A stretch of DNA of 55,669 nt, from the IMG/VR virus record IMGVR_UViG_3300044843_001063; one strand, given 5' to 3'. The position numbers and the translations under genes were made by a program. Position 1 is the stretch's first letter, and each line of letters opens with the position of its first letter. The notes beneath the pieces were generated by a model that was not told the DNA's origin, made no database searches, and saw only the letters and a list, made by a program, of their open reading frames with translations. Below are positions 1-9,968 of the stretch, piece by piece. Source of the stretch: an uncultured virus (IMG/VR IMGVR_UViG_3300044843_001063). Lineage: Duplodnaviria > Heunggongvirae > Uroviricota > Caudoviricetes.

Positions 1-1
1 T

Positions 2-991
2 GCCAATAAAAGTAATTTAATTTGTCCTGGTTGTTTGTTTTTAGGAACAACACATGTTGTTACAGAACATAACCTGTTATGTTCCTGTTCACAATGTGCT
101 CAAAAAGTATCACAAACATTCGACCCTAAAATGAAACACTTTTTTCAAGTGTTTGCTAAACATCATAAAATAGGATTTAGATGCCATGAGTGTCAGCGTT
201 TTATTCCACAGTCTCATATTAATGGGACAAATATCTCTTGCCCTTATTTGGATTGTTCTTTTGTTGGCGCCAGTGATTCCCTCCATCGGATGCATCATCC
301 AAAAACAAAAAACAAAATAGATTTTTCCATCATAGATGGAATTCTTCCAGAAAAAATAGAAGAAAAATCAATTCGTCATCTTAAAGATATAATTGAATCC
401 CAGAAAAATAACTCCCCGTATAAGAGTTACGGATCTACTCTACACCATAAATATTTATGTTACCAGGCATATGCGAATATTCTGGATAAATACCCAGAAC
501 AATTAACTAATTATTTATTAAATAATAGTCGTACGGGTGGATTCCAATCTAAATTATTTCAAGAATATATTCGTTTACTAGAGCAATCTCTACCTTTTTC
601 TATCAAAAAAGAAAATAAGTACCATGTAATTTCTTCTTTATTAGATCCTAATTTGAATTTATTTGATGGTATTAGTGAATTTACAGCGACTGTTAACCAA
701 AAATTAGAAATTAAAAATAATACTCAGGAATTCTATATTGGTGGTAGAAAGGGATCAATTGCAGAACCTTTTTATATGGGCAAGATTCTATCTATTATAG
801 ATAAAAATACTTCCCAGTGTTATATGGAAAATATAATAGAGTATTCTTTTTCAACTATCAAGTTAAAAAATATTAAGCCAGAAACCGTTGTAATAGTTTC
901 TCATTTAAGAATACCTCCGCATTATCAAATGAATGGCATGGTATATATTAACAGGATTAGAAAAAGTATTATTGACGAGGCAAAAAAATGA
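2..991 (+). CDS. Hypothetical Cys-rich (zinc-finger-like) protein, 5' end outside the window
   Basis: The frame is open from base 2 (CPGC..CSQC..CHEC..CPYLDC). No family recognised. Confidence 0.7.
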   Translation, partial: ANKSNLICPGCLFLGTTHVVTEHNLLCSCSQCAQKVSQTFDPKMKHFFQVFAKHHKIGFRCHECQRFIPQSHINGTNISCPYLDCSFVGASDSLHRMHHPKTKNKIDFSIIDGILPEKIEEKSIRHLKDIIESQKNNSPYKSYGSTLHHKYLCYQAYANILDKYPEQLTNYLLNNSRTGGFQSKLFQEYIRLLEQSLPFSIKKENKYHVISSLLDPNLNLFDGISEFTATVNQKLEIKNNTQEFYIGGRKGSIAEPFYMGKILSIIDKNTSQCYMENIIEYSFSTIKLKNIKPETVVIVSHLRIPPHYQMNGMVYINRIRKSIIDEAKK

Positions 992-1422
992 AAAAGCGTA
1001 AAGGAATTATTAAAGTTAATTTATCTTCTCCGATTTTAGCACGAACTCGGTGCCCTTATTGTAAAGGATTGCCTAATTCCTATTTCTGCATCTCTAATAA
1101 ATTAATAGATTTTTCTCCTAGAAACATAATTGATACTTTTGAATTCTTTAAAGATGATATCATTGCCTCTTATCAAACTTCTCACTATTACTATTTTAGC
1201 CCTAAAAATTTCACTAGTGTAACTGATTTTTCTCATCAACCATTCTATAAAAACTATAGAATAGGTAGTCATAGCCTGCATAAAGATGCAGATCTAATTA
1301 ATAACAATATTACTGAATATTTATCTTGTAACTGTCAGCAATCTAGATGGGGTTTTAAATTTAAAACGATGTCTGGCAGGCCAGACATTTATATGAGAAA
1401 ATCTAAAAAATCATTTCCGTAA
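988..1422 (+). CDS. Hypothetical protein with CPYC/CNC motifs
   Basis: ORF overlaps the upstream stop (ATGA coupling). Confidence 0.65.
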   Translation: MKKRKGIIKVNLSSPILARTRCPYCKGLPNSYFCISNKLIDFSPRNIIDTFEFFKDDIIASYQTSHYYYFSPKNFTSVTDFSHQPFYKNYRIGSHSLHKDADLINNNITEYLSCNCQQSRWGFKFKTMSGRPDIYMRKSKKSFP

Positions 1423-1857
1423 ATTATTTAGTGTAATAACAGATAATTTATTTTTTACTTCGGCTTCGATAGACTCAAAATTATCCGATAATTCTTCAAA
1501 TAATTTCCATTGTTTGTTAATTAGCCTATAACAAGAATAATAAGACAGTCGAGCGACCGTGTTATAGTAATCTTTACTAGCATATTTTAAATGCTCTGGC
1601 GCTAACGTATTGGAAAAAAAGATCCAATCTCCCAAGTTTTGATAAGTATTAAAATCGTGGCGATGTCTAGCTTGAGAAAATAAAAGCGTTACACTTTCTT
1701 TAGATAAATCTAAAGAGGCACTTTTATATTTACCATATATGCTAACAATATATGACCGAGTGTCGTATTGACAGTTTATATCTTTTAATAGTTCGTTAAA
1801 AAAATCTGTAATATTGTCGTGACAATACATACAAATATGTGTTAATATTGCAAACAA
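1411..1857 (-). CDS. Hypothetical helical protein (LGDW..F...DYY..A..Y...F.ELS..F pattern); start codon uncertain
   Basis: Fills the gap between + strand genes. The pattern recalls a conserved proteobacterial hypothetical family (unverified). Confidence 0.65.
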   Translation of the reverse strand: MFAILTHICMYCHDNITDFFNELLKDINCQYDTRSYIVSIYGKYKSASLDLSKESVTLLFSQARHRHDFNTYQNLGDWIFFSNTLAPEHLKYASKDYYNTVARLSYYSCYRLINKQWKLFEELSDNFESIEAEVKNKLSVITLNNLRK

Positions 1858-1900
1858 GTCACATAAAATAACAATTCTAACTCCAGAATGGTAGCATCAT

Positions 1901-3703
1901 ATGAGTAGTTCAAAAACATTAGTAATTGTAGAATCTCCTTCCAAGGCTGATAAAATACAGTCTTATTTAGGTAAAGATTATATTGTACTGGCTAGTAAAG
2001 GGCATATTACAGATTTAGCCAAGGGTGGAAAACATGGTTTAGGAGTAGATGTAGATAATAATTTTAAGCCTCATTATGTGTTAATGGAAGATAAACTATC
2101 TATTTTAGATAATCTTTTGCAAGCTGCTAAAAAAGTAGATAAAATTTTAGTCGCTAGCGACCCTGATCGAGAAGGCGAAGCGATTGCTTGGCATCTAGCT
2201 CAACGATTAGATGGGACAGATAAACCTATTAAACGAATGGTTTTTAATGAAATTAAAAAAGATAAATTACTCAAATCTGTTAAAGATGTGAGAGATATTG
2301 ATTTAAATCTCTTTCATTCTCAAGAAGCTAGGAGAATATTAGACCGTTTAGTTGGGTTTATGGCTTCTCCATTTTTAATGAATTTCTTTGGCCCCAAACT
2401 CTCCGCAGGAAGAGTGCAGTCAGTAGTGACTCGTATGGTAATTGATAGAGAAAGAGAGATTGAATCTTTTACTCCAGAAGATTTTTGGACTATTCAAACT
2501 ACGTTAACTACTAAAAATAAAGAAAGTTTCACTGCAAAATATACTCAAAAAATAACTGATGCTGCCACTGCAGATCAGGTGAAAAAAGAATTGTTATCTT
2601 CTGACTATATAATTTCAGAAGTTCTTAGCAAAGAAGAGAAAGTATATCCTCAGCCACCGTTAGTAACTTCTACTTTACAACGAATTATGTCTAAAAATCA
2701 TGGTTTTGGAGCAGAAAAAACCATGAAAGCAGCGCAAGCGTTATATGAATCAGGTTATTGCACCTATATTAGAACCGACTCTGTCAGAGTCGGAGATGAG
2801 GCTTTACAAGAAGTTAGGCAATGGTTAGCCGATAATACTTATGAAGTTCCTAAAAAACCTTATACCTATAAGAATAAAGATGCCGCTCAGGACGCTCATG
2901 AATGTATTCGACCTTCAGATTTAACCTTATTGCCAGGGCAGAATTATGCTATTCTAGATCCTGATGAAAAATTAGTGTATGAAACTATTTGGAAATATTT
3001 TGTAGCAAGTCAAATGATGCCGGCCGTGTATGATACGCTGTCTGTCACGGCTCATCCTATTAATAATAGTAATTTTAAAGTTAAAGCCAGCGGTAAAGCT
3101 TTGAAAATAAAAGGATATATGGAGATTTTAGGAGTACAAGATGCTAATAGTATTGATATTCCTAACTTAGCAGTTAACGATCTCGTTTCCTTAGTTGGAA
3201 AAAATCCGGTGAAAGTAGATAAAAAGCAAACTCAACCGCCCCCACGATTTTCAGAAGATAAGCTAATTAAGGAATTAGTTAATAAAAATATTGGTCGGCC
3301 CGCTACTTATGCGGACTTATTAAGTAAAATTACGGCAAGAAATTATGTAGAAAAAAAGGGGAATGTTTACCACGCTACCGAATTAGGTAAGAAAATAACC
3401 GATGAATTAATTAGGTATTTTTCTTTCATGGATTATGATTATACTGCCAAGATGGAATCTCAATTAGATGAGGTGGAGTCGGGTAAAATTAATCATTTAG
3501 ATATGTTAAAACAATTCTTCCCCGCTTTCAAACAAGAATTAAATAACGCTTATGTCAACCATGGCAGTACATTGTGCGACAAGTGCGGAAGTCCTATGGC
3601 GGTTAGAAACACTAAAACGGGGGAAAAGTTTTTAGGATGTTCTAGTTATCCTAAATGTAAAAATACGTTAGAGTTAACACATAACAAGAAAGAACGAGTA
3701 TAA
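1901..3703 (+). CDS. topA: Type IA DNA topoisomerase I with a single C-terminal C4 zinc ribbon
   Basis: LVIVESPSKA, DPDREGEAI, SAGRVQS, YIRTDS (catalytic Tyr), AQDAHECIRP, IGRPATYA, CDKC..GCSSYPKC. Confidence 0.97.
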   Translation: MSSSKTLVIVESPSKADKIQSYLGKDYIVLASKGHITDLAKGGKHGLGVDVDNNFKPHYVLMEDKLSILDNLLQAAKKVDKILVASDPDREGEAIAWHLAQRLDGTDKPIKRMVFNEIKKDKLLKSVKDVRDIDLNLFHSQEARRILDRLVGFMASPFLMNFFGPKLSAGRVQSVVTRMVIDREREIESFTPEDFWTIQTTLTTKNKESFTAKYTQKITDAATADQVKKELLSSDYIISEVLSKEEKVYPQPPLVTSTLQRIMSKNHGFGAEKTMKAAQALYESGYCTYIRTDSVRVGDEALQEVRQWLADNTYEVPKKPYTYKNKDAAQDAHECIRPSDLTLLPGQNYAILDPDEKLVYETIWKYFVASQMMPAVYDTLSVTAHPINNSNFKVKASGKALKIKGYMEILGVQDANSIDIPNLAVNDLVSLVGKNPVKVDKKQTQPPPRFSEDKLIKELVNKNIGRPATYADLLSKITARNYVEKKGNVYHATELGKKITDELIRYFSFMDYDYTAKMESQLDEVESGKINHLDMLKQFFPAFKQELNNAYVNHGSTLCDKCGSPMAVRNTKTGEKFLGCSSYPKCKNTLELTHNKKERV

Positions 3704-3709
3704 AACAAT

Positions 3710-5029
3710 ATGAAAGAAGACGTGAATAATTCTAGTTATCTAACTCCCGATATACTAGAAAGCCAGGAGCATTTATCGACAGAAATTCTGGCTAAAATGC
3801 ATCCTTCGGGAAAATGGTCTAATCCAACTTTACCTAGACCTCCATCAAATTTTGTTGATTTGATGAATTGGGCCGTCGAATCCTTTGGACCAGCATTAAA
3901 AGACCATGCCGTTTTGAATAAATTTATTCAAAATAGAATTATTATTGATGGGCAGTTCTTGCATTTTTGTCAAGAACATAATGTCACCGTAGAATGTCTA
4001 TATAAAGATTCTATTATTTCTTGGCAAACAGATTTAAATTTTGAAAAATTCTTTATTCAAGGGGTGTTTTTAATTAAATGCAAAGGTTTTGAATTTATTC
4101 ATGCTGCCTTATTTCATAAGGGAAATCAAAATGAAGACGAAGTAAGTTTCTTTGTTCTGGTTTCTGATAATAATTATGAAAATTATCTTTCTTTTAGAAA
4201 TTCTTTTGAAGAGTGGATTGTTCAAAGAGATAGAAGTAATTTGCATATCAAGGTCATTGATGGGAATGATATTCCATATACTAAAGATTCTTCTTGGGAA
4301 GAATTATATTTACCCAATGAATTAAAAACAGAAATAAAAGAATTAGTAGAAAACTTCTTATCTTCACAAGAGTTTTATCAAAAATCTAAAATTCCATGGA
4401 AACGCGGAATTCTGTTGTTTGGGCAACCAGGTAATGGAAAAACTTCTATTATTAGAACCATCATGTCAGAATATAATTTTAAGCCGATTACTTTTATGCC
4501 CGGAGCCTCAGCCGAGGCGATGAGAGAGGCTTTCTCTTATGCGGAAGAGCAAAGCCCTTCCCTTTTATATATTGAAGATTTAGATTCATTAATTGAATCT
4601 GGTTTAGATATTTCTACTTTTCTTAACTTATTAGATGGAATTTCAGCTAAAAATGGACTATTAGTGATTGCGACGGCTAATAATATTAATAAATTACAAT
4701 CCAATATTACTAGTCGACCCTCAAGATTTGATAGAAAATTTGAGATTCCATTGCCAAATGAAAAAATGGCTTATATATATCTTAAAAGATGGTTTGGTAA
4801 CCTCATCACTCCTAAAAAGTGTGAGGATTTAGCTAATCAGGCAGTTAAATATGAATTATCTTATGCTTACTTAAAAGACTTATATGTATCTTCCATGTTC
4901 GAAGCTTTATCTCACAATCGAAAAAAACCTAGTGCTAAAGATATTGATAATACTTTAGTACGGTTAGTAAAAGATAAAAATATGATGAATAATGGAACTA
5001 CAATTAGTACGGATAAATATTTTAAATGA
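3710..5029 (+). CDS. AAA+ ATPase (BCS1/FtsH-like clade, no protease domain)
   Basis: Walker A GQPGNGKT, Walker B LLYIEDLD, FLNLLDG, ATAN, RPSRFD. Confidence 0.9.
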   Translation: MKEDVNNSSYLTPDILESQEHLSTEILAKMHPSGKWSNPTLPRPPSNFVDLMNWAVESFGPALKDHAVLNKFIQNRIIIDGQFLHFCQEHNVTVECLYKDSIISWQTDLNFEKFFIQGVFLIKCKGFEFIHAALFHKGNQNEDEVSFFVLVSDNNYENYLSFRNSFEEWIVQRDRSNLHIKVIDGNDIPYTKDSSWEELYLPNELKTEIKELVENFLSSQEFYQKSKIPWKRGILLFGQPGNGKTSIIRTIMSEYNFKPITFMPGASAEAMREAFSYAEEQSPSLLYIEDLDSLIESGLDISTFLNLLDGISAKNGLLVIATANNINKLQSNITSRPSRFDRKFEIPLPNEKMAYIYLKRWFGNLITPKKCEDLANQAVKYELSYAYLKDLYVSSMFEALSHNRKKPSAKDIDNTLVRLVKDKNMMNNGTTISTDKYFK

Positions 5030-5052
5030 AGGTTAAAACGGGTTATTGATAT

Positions 5053-5415
5053 ATGAAAGATAATAATAAAAATAACAGGAGAAATTCCTCGAAAAAGGCA
5101 TCGAAAGGGGGTGAATCTAGCCAGATCTTAGTCAACGATCAATTCGCACACATTGAAGCTGTGCAAGCTCAACCTTTAGAGGTTAAAGTTTATAATAATA
5201 ACTTTGATAAAGCGCTTAAAGCTTTCCGAGCCTTAGTTCAAAAAGAAAGAGTACTCTCCGATTTTAAAGAAAAACAAACTTACGAAAAGCCCTCTGATAG
5301 ACGTCGGAGAAAACGTAATGAAGCCAAAAGAAAGAAACATGAGTCAACTTTCAAAAATACTACTAAAAGTAGTAAATATCGGCCTCAAAAAAACTCTGAC
5401 TCTAATCAAAGTTAG
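5053..5415 (+). CDS. rpsU: Ribosomal protein bS21 homolog with N- and C-terminal extensions
   Basis: VKVYNNNFDKALKAF..V....VL...KEKQTYEKPSDRRRRKR matches the bS21 signature. Confidence 0.88.
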   Translation: MKDNNKNNRRNSSKKASKGGESSQILVNDQFAHIEAVQAQPLEVKVYNNNFDKALKAFRALVQKERVLSDFKEKQTYEKPSDRRRRKRNEAKRKKHESTFKNTTKSSKYRPQKNSDSNQS

Positions 5416-5420
5416 GTAAT

Positions 5421-6059
5421 ATGTCAAACATTGGAAAAATTAAGGTTTATAAAAATAAAGCTAGAGAAGTTCCTGAAAAGTTTATAGCTTATGTTCCTCA
5501 ATATCAAGCATTAGGTATTGAGCCTCATGAATATAAATCCCCCAATATGGGGACAGAAACATATCTAACGGTTAAAAAAACAACATCAGAACAAAAACCC
5601 CCTGTCATGGTAAGACAACCCTATGCAGAAGCAGTGCCTTCTCCAGTAGGGAGAGGTCGCGGTCCGTTGCCTAACATTGGAAACAATGTGGAGCAATCCT
5701 GGTCAGGAGTGGATGAAGAATTAATAGATGATGTTTCTTTAGACCCTAATCATCCAATGATAGACAATAATGAATACGTTTCTAATAAGGCGTTAGGACT
5801 GCCGCCTTCATTAGAATCTCCTGCTAAGCCAGCTGAACATAATTCTCCATTAATGGAAACTCTTCAAGATTTAGAAGAAGATAATTATATTTTATTTTTG
5901 AAAAATTCACCTTTATGCTCAGGACCATTAGAGTATGTGCAAGAACAAACTACTGCTTTAGTGTTTGGAGAACATGAATCTTTCAAAAATACTCTTTTTT
6001 CATTAGATGATATTTTAGTATTCAAACGAATAAAATTAAAAGTCGGAGTATTTCTCTAA
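5421..6059 (+). CDS. Hypothetical protein
   Basis: 212-aa ORF preceded by AGGT. Confidence 0.7.
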   Translation: MSNIGKIKVYKNKAREVPEKFIAYVPQYQALGIEPHEYKSPNMGTETYLTVKKTTSEQKPPVMVRQPYAEAVPSPVGRGRGPLPNIGNNVEQSWSGVDEELIDDVSLDPNHPMIDNNEYVSNKALGLPPSLESPAKPAEHNSPLMETLQDLEEDNYILFLKNSPLCSGPLEYVQEQTTALVFGEHESFKNTLFSLDDILVFKRIKLKVGVFL

Positions 6060-6072
6060 TATCCGATCAGAG

Positions 6073-6864
6073 GTGAATGTGGAACAACGCAAAGCGTCAG
6101 AAGTTCTTCTAGAATTAGAAGCTAAAGTGAATGCTATTCTAGATATTATTAGAACTCAAGATTTAAATAATAAGATTATTTCTAATAAATTGAACTCTAC
6201 TATTCAATTATTAGAGAAATTAAATTCTGCACCACCTGCACCTCCTAAAATTGAAGCAATTAATACTTTACCCACATCCACACACACACCTGCGCCTACG
6301 TCTTTTTCTGAGCGTGAAATACCTATTTCGGCCGAAAATAAAATCTCGGTAGAAGAGGCGCCTAAAGGTTTTAGAAGAAATTCTCGACCAGAAACTTTTG
6401 CTGGTGATGATTCTTTCTTACCAGAAAATAATAAATATCCAGTACAAGTGCCCAAAATGTCCAACCAGCCTCCTCCAGGGAGGGCCGTAGAAGAAGTATC
6501 TGTTCCTAAAAAAACAGTTAAAAACTCTAAAAATTTATCAGAAAATACTACAGAATCAGTAGTATTAAATTCAGAAAATTTAAATGCAGTTCCAGTCTCT
6601 CAACGAGTAGTTAATGCTCATGGGAAATCATTATTTTTAGCAGATGTGGAAGTTATTGACTTAAAAAGCATGCAATCAGTTTCTAAGACTAGAACTAATG
6701 GTACAGGAAAATGGTCAGCCTCTTTGCCTGTAGGGAATTATAGAGTTTTTATTAGAAAATTAGATTCTGCTACTAAAGAAAAATTGGAAGTAAAACAAGA
6801 TATTGTAGTAGATGGTCAACAATCTCCATTAGAATTATCAGTAATTATTATTAAATCTCAGTAA
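6073..6864 (+). CDS. Protein with N-terminal coiled coil, Pro-rich linker and C-terminal carboxypeptidase-regulatory-like beta-sandwich
   Basis: VVNAHGKSL..ADVEV...TRTNGTGKW..LPVGNYRV pattern. Confidence 0.6.
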   Translation: MNVEQRKASEVLLELEAKVNAILDIIRTQDLNNKIISNKLNSTIQLLEKLNSAPPAPPKIEAINTLPTSTHTPAPTSFSEREIPISAENKISVEEAPKGFRRNSRPETFAGDDSFLPENNKYPVQVPKMSNQPPPGRAVEEVSVPKKTVKNSKNLSENTTESVVLNSENLNAVPVSQRVVNAHGKSLFLADVEVIDLKSMQSVSKTRTNGTGKWSASLPVGNYRVFIRKLDSATKEKLEVKQDIVVDGQQSPLELSVIIIKSQ

Positions 6865-6896
6865 ACTGCTACTGCCTTTATGGCAGTGACTTTTTT
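6861..6896 (-). repeat. Degenerate orphan IS200/IS605 right-end-like hairpin; reads as a rho-independent terminator on the + strand
   Basis: Minus strand AAAG-TCACTGCC-ATAAA-GGCAGTAG-CAGT-TTAC. On the + strand the stem-loop is followed by TTTTTT. Confidence 0.55.
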
Positions 6897-6945
6897 AGGC
6901 CATAGATAAGGCTATGGGTATTCTGGCGAAGAAGTTATAAACTAT

Positions 6946-7212
6946 ATGGAATCTTTAATTGAATCCTTAATTAATCTTTCGGAAGAAGAACAACAAAACT
7001 TTCCATTTAAAGTGGGTGATCATTGTATAATTAATGACTGTAAGCTATTTCACCCAGGCTTAGTAAATCAGAAGGCTATTGTAGTAAAAATTGGAAAATT
7101 ACCATTTGATTTTATTAAAGTTGCTAGAATAATAGCGGAACAACATACAGTTCCAGGCTATACTAGTTGTTTTGAGTGGGATATTGTTCCAGAGTTATTA
7201 ACTCATATTTAG
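6946..7212 (+). CDS. Hypothetical small protein (possible SH3/KOW-like FKVGD motif)
   Basis: ORF; FPFKVGDHCII. Confidence 0.55.
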   Translation: MESLIESLINLSEEEQQNFPFKVGDHCIINDCKLFHPGLVNQKAIVVKIGKLPFDFIKVARIIAEQHTVPGYTSCFEWDIVPELLTHI

Positions 7213-7223
7213 TAAAGGCTATT

Positions 7224-7871
7224 ATGCAAAAATTTAAAGTTATTGTAGCTGATCCGCCATGGTCTTTTAAAGATACATTAAAAATGTCTGATGTTAAAAG
7301 AAGCGCGGAAGCTAATTATCAGATCATGTCATTACATAATATAAAAACTTTACCGATTCATGAGTTAATAGATTCGGAAGGAGCTATTTTAGCGTTATGG
7401 GTACCCTCTTCCTTGTTAAAGGAAGGATTAGAAACTATGGAAGCTTGGGGGTTTCAACAAAAGCAAACTTATATTTGGGTAAAAACAAAAAAGCATCCTT
7501 TTAAAGATTTTTTAAAATCAAAAGATAAATTAACAGATTTAATGAAGGTGCCGTTATCCATTATTAATGGATTATTAGCTTTTGGTATGGGTCGCTTATT
7601 TAGGCAAACTCATGAAATTTGCTTAGTTGGCACTAGTAACAATAAAATATACCAACAATTACAGAATAAATCTCAACGCTCTGTTAGTTTAGCTCCTAAT
7701 TTAAAACATTCAGCTAAGCCGGAAGCTTTGCAAGATTCATTAGAGATGATGTTTCCTAATGCTAATAAATTAGAATTATTCGCTCGACGTCAACGCCCTA
7801 ATTGGACATGTCTTGGTAATGAAGTATGTCAAGGAGAAGATATTCGAGATTCCTTAATTAAATTAAAATAA
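7224..7871 (+). CDS. MT-A70 family N6-adenine methyltransferase
   Basis: FKVIVADPPW, LALWV, HSAKPE, KLELFARR..W..LGNE. Likely start is the ATG at 7224. Confidence 0.9.
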   Translation: MQKFKVIVADPPWSFKDTLKMSDVKRSAEANYQIMSLHNIKTLPIHELIDSEGAILALWVPSSLLKEGLETMEAWGFQQKQTYIWVKTKKHPFKDFLKSKDKLTDLMKVPLSIINGLLAFGMGRLFRQTHEICLVGTSNNKIYQQLQNKSQRSVSLAPNLKHSAKPEALQDSLEMMFPNANKLELFARRQRPNWTCLGNEVCQGEDIRDSLIKLK

Positions 7872-8040
7872 TTGGCTTGACCTGTCAATTACCACCAGCA
7901 CAAGGCTGGTGGCTTGTAAGTAGCATCGCTGCTCCTACCATAGGCTGATTGACTTCAGCCCCATGGGACAGCTGATAGCTATCCCATGCTCGTCTGCTAA
8001 TATTTCTACTAGCATTTAAGTCTGCATTTAGTTTAAAACT
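7864..8040 (-). ncRNA. Predicted TnpB omega/reRNA; guide AGGTCAAGCCAATTATTTTA from flanking DNA; 5' boundary is a guess
   Basis: Inferred from established TnpB biology: the scaffold overlaps the tnpB 3' end and RE, and the guide starts after TGAC at 7884. Confidence 0.45.
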
Positions 8041-9141
8041 ACATCCTTGACAACAAAAACTAACCTGAGTCTTCCTGTTTTTCTTATCAACATAACCGCA
8101 TTTACTGCACTGTTGACTCGTATAAGCAGGATTAACATGTACTACTTGTATGCCTTTAGCTTGACCTTTATAAATCAGAAATTGTTCTAATTGATAATAA
8201 TTCCAACTATTCAAGGCTGATCTCTGAGGTTTTCTAACTTTTTGCCGTCTAATACCATTTAATTTTTCTAGTACTAGAGTGTCACCTGGATTTAAACTAC
8301 TGATAATCTGTTTACTAATTTGATGGTTAATGTCTGCTTTAAACCGTTTTTCTTTACCTGAAAGGTATTTAAGATGCCTTTTAGCAGATTGACTTCCACT
8401 TTGTTGTAATTTTCTTCTTAATGTTTTGTACTTGTGACATATTGACTTAAGTTTACTTCCACAATAAAACTTATTATCTGAGGTAACCGCTAACTTTTTG
8501 ATACCGCGATCAACTCCTAAAAATTTACCATTAACCTTTATCTCTTCTTTCTCTTTCTCAAAAGAAACATGTAGGTAAACTTGGCCTTTTCTAATCAGAA
8601 GATCGGAGCTGGTGTATTTCCAATCAGTAAAGTAATGCTGATAATATCTAGGAATATCTAGCTTAATTTTCTTTCTACCAGAAAGCGTTAAAATAGATAC
8701 TATTCCTTTGCGAATAGAATAGTTATTACAATCTAGTCGAATCGCAGTTAATTTAGACTGCGGACATTTGCTATACTTATTTTTACTCTTAATACTTTTA
8801 AGAGCTTCTGCGGCTTTAGTTCTAGCAGAAATAGCTAATTGAGACGGTAAGTTAAAGTTAGTTCGACACTCTTGGTAGGTTAATTTATGCAGTTTAATAG
8901 AGTTGGTTATTTTTTTTTGATACCCTACTTGACACACCAGGTTAAAAGCAGCGGTATAAGCTTGCAGTGAAGGTAGAATTTCTTCTACCTTGACATCAAG
9001 TTTTAATTTGACCGTTCTATTTAACCTCATATATAGTGATATATCTATTAATATAGAAAGTTTTATGTAAACGAAAATTTATTTAGATAACAGAAAGGGG
9101 ATGCAATTCCTCCCACAGCACAAGGCTGAGGGTGTCCTTGC
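7884..9141 (-). mobile_element. Non-autonomous IS200/IS605-family (IS1341-like) element carrying tnpB only
   Basis: Subterminal hairpins share the same loop at both ends: LE CCCTCAGC-CTTGT-GCTGTGGG; RE CAAG-CCACCAGC-CTTGT-GCTGGTGG-TAAT-TGAC. No tnpA. The left boundary is inferred to follow TTTAG. Confidence 0.85.
7885..9030 (-). CDS. tnpB: TnpB RNA-guided nuclease, catalytic residues intact
   Basis: RuvC-I FLGVDRG, RuvC-II LVLEKL, YTSQQCSKCG..CQGC zinc finger, RuvC-III NADLNAS. Confidence 0.95.
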   Translation of the reverse strand: MRLNRTVKLKLDVKVEEILPSLQAYTAAFNLVCQVGYQKKITNSIKLHKLTYQECRTNFNLPSQLAISARTKAAEALKSIKSKNKYSKCPQSKLTAIRLDCNNYSIRKGIVSILTLSGRKKIKLDIPRYYQHYFTDWKYTSSDLLIRKGQVYLHVSFEKEKEEIKVNGKFLGVDRGIKKLAVTSDNKFYCGSKLKSICHKYKTLRRKLQQSGSQSAKRHLKYLSGKEKRFKADINHQISKQIISSLNPGDTLVLEKLNGIRRQKVRKPQRSALNSWNYYQLEQFLIYKGQAKGIQVVHVNPAYTSQQCSKCGYVDKKNRKTQVSFCCQGCSFKLNADLNASRNISRRAWDSYQLSHGAEVNQPMVGAAMLLTSHQPCAGGN

Positions 9142-9150
9142 CTAAAGATC

Positions 9151-9663
9151 ATGAGTAAAAAAACGTTACTATTAAATGCTTCGTATGAAGTATTATGTTT
9201 TATTCCAGAAAGAAAAGTTTGTAAACTTATCATTAAAGATAAAGTGGAAGTTATTTCTGACTGGGATGATTATATCATTTGGGGTAAAGGAAAAGTTAGA
9301 CACCCATCTATTTTACGATTAAAAACACATATTAGAAGAAACTTTTTTAATTCTAATTTTAGTCGTAAAGCTCTGATTAAAAGAGATAAAAGTACTTGCC
9401 AATATTGTAGTAAAAAATTACCTGCGTCTCAAATAACTATTGACCATGTCCTTCCTCGGGCGCAAGGTGGTATTACTTCATTTACTAATTGTGTAGTATG
9501 TTGTCATACATGCAACAATAAAAAGGCTGATAAAACTCCAGAACAAGCTAATATGGTGCTTTTAAAAAAGCCAACTCACCCTTCTTTTGCGACACATAAT
9601 TATGTGTCAGACCCTCAAGAATATTGGCACCATGATTGGGATGATTTCTTAGGATATAGCTGA
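9151..9663 (+). CDS. HNH endonuclease (McrA-like/HNH_5 type)
   Basis: LLLNASYE N-terminus; RD..TCQYC..TIDHVLPRAQGG...NCVVCCHTCNNKK. Confidence 0.9.
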   Translation: MSKKTLLLNASYEVLCFIPERKVCKLIIKDKVEVISDWDDYIIWGKGKVRHPSILRLKTHIRRNFFNSNFSRKALIKRDKSTCQYCSKKLPASQITIDHVLPRAQGGITSFTNCVVCCHTCNNKKADKTPEQANMVLLKKPTHPSFATHNYVSDPQEYWHHDWDDFLGYS

Positions 9664-9722
9664 AAAATTTAGATCATGCAATAATCCTATATACCTATAC
9701 ACCTAGATATATAGGATAAACT

Positions 9723-9968
9723 ATGATTAAAGAAAACTGTAATTGCATTGTGTGTGCTAAAGAGTTTGATCCAAACTTATTACATAGTGTCGCATTATCT
9801 GCGATTAACGCTACTAATTTTAAAGTTTGCCAAGCCTGCTTGGATAGTTCTGATCCTGCTGAAGATTATCAACAGGTTAGAGAAATTGTCTTTTCATATT
9901 TAAAATATGCGACTGCTAAAAATTTGTTTAGTGATGTCCATTCTATTCTGGAATCTAGAAAAAAATAA
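9723..9968 (+). CDS. Small zinc-finger protein
   Basis: CIVC...VCQAC. Confidence 0.6.
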   Translation: MIKENCNCIVCAKEFDPNLLHSVALSAINATNFKVCQACLDSSDPAEDYQQVREIVFSYLKYATAKNLFSDVHSILESRKK

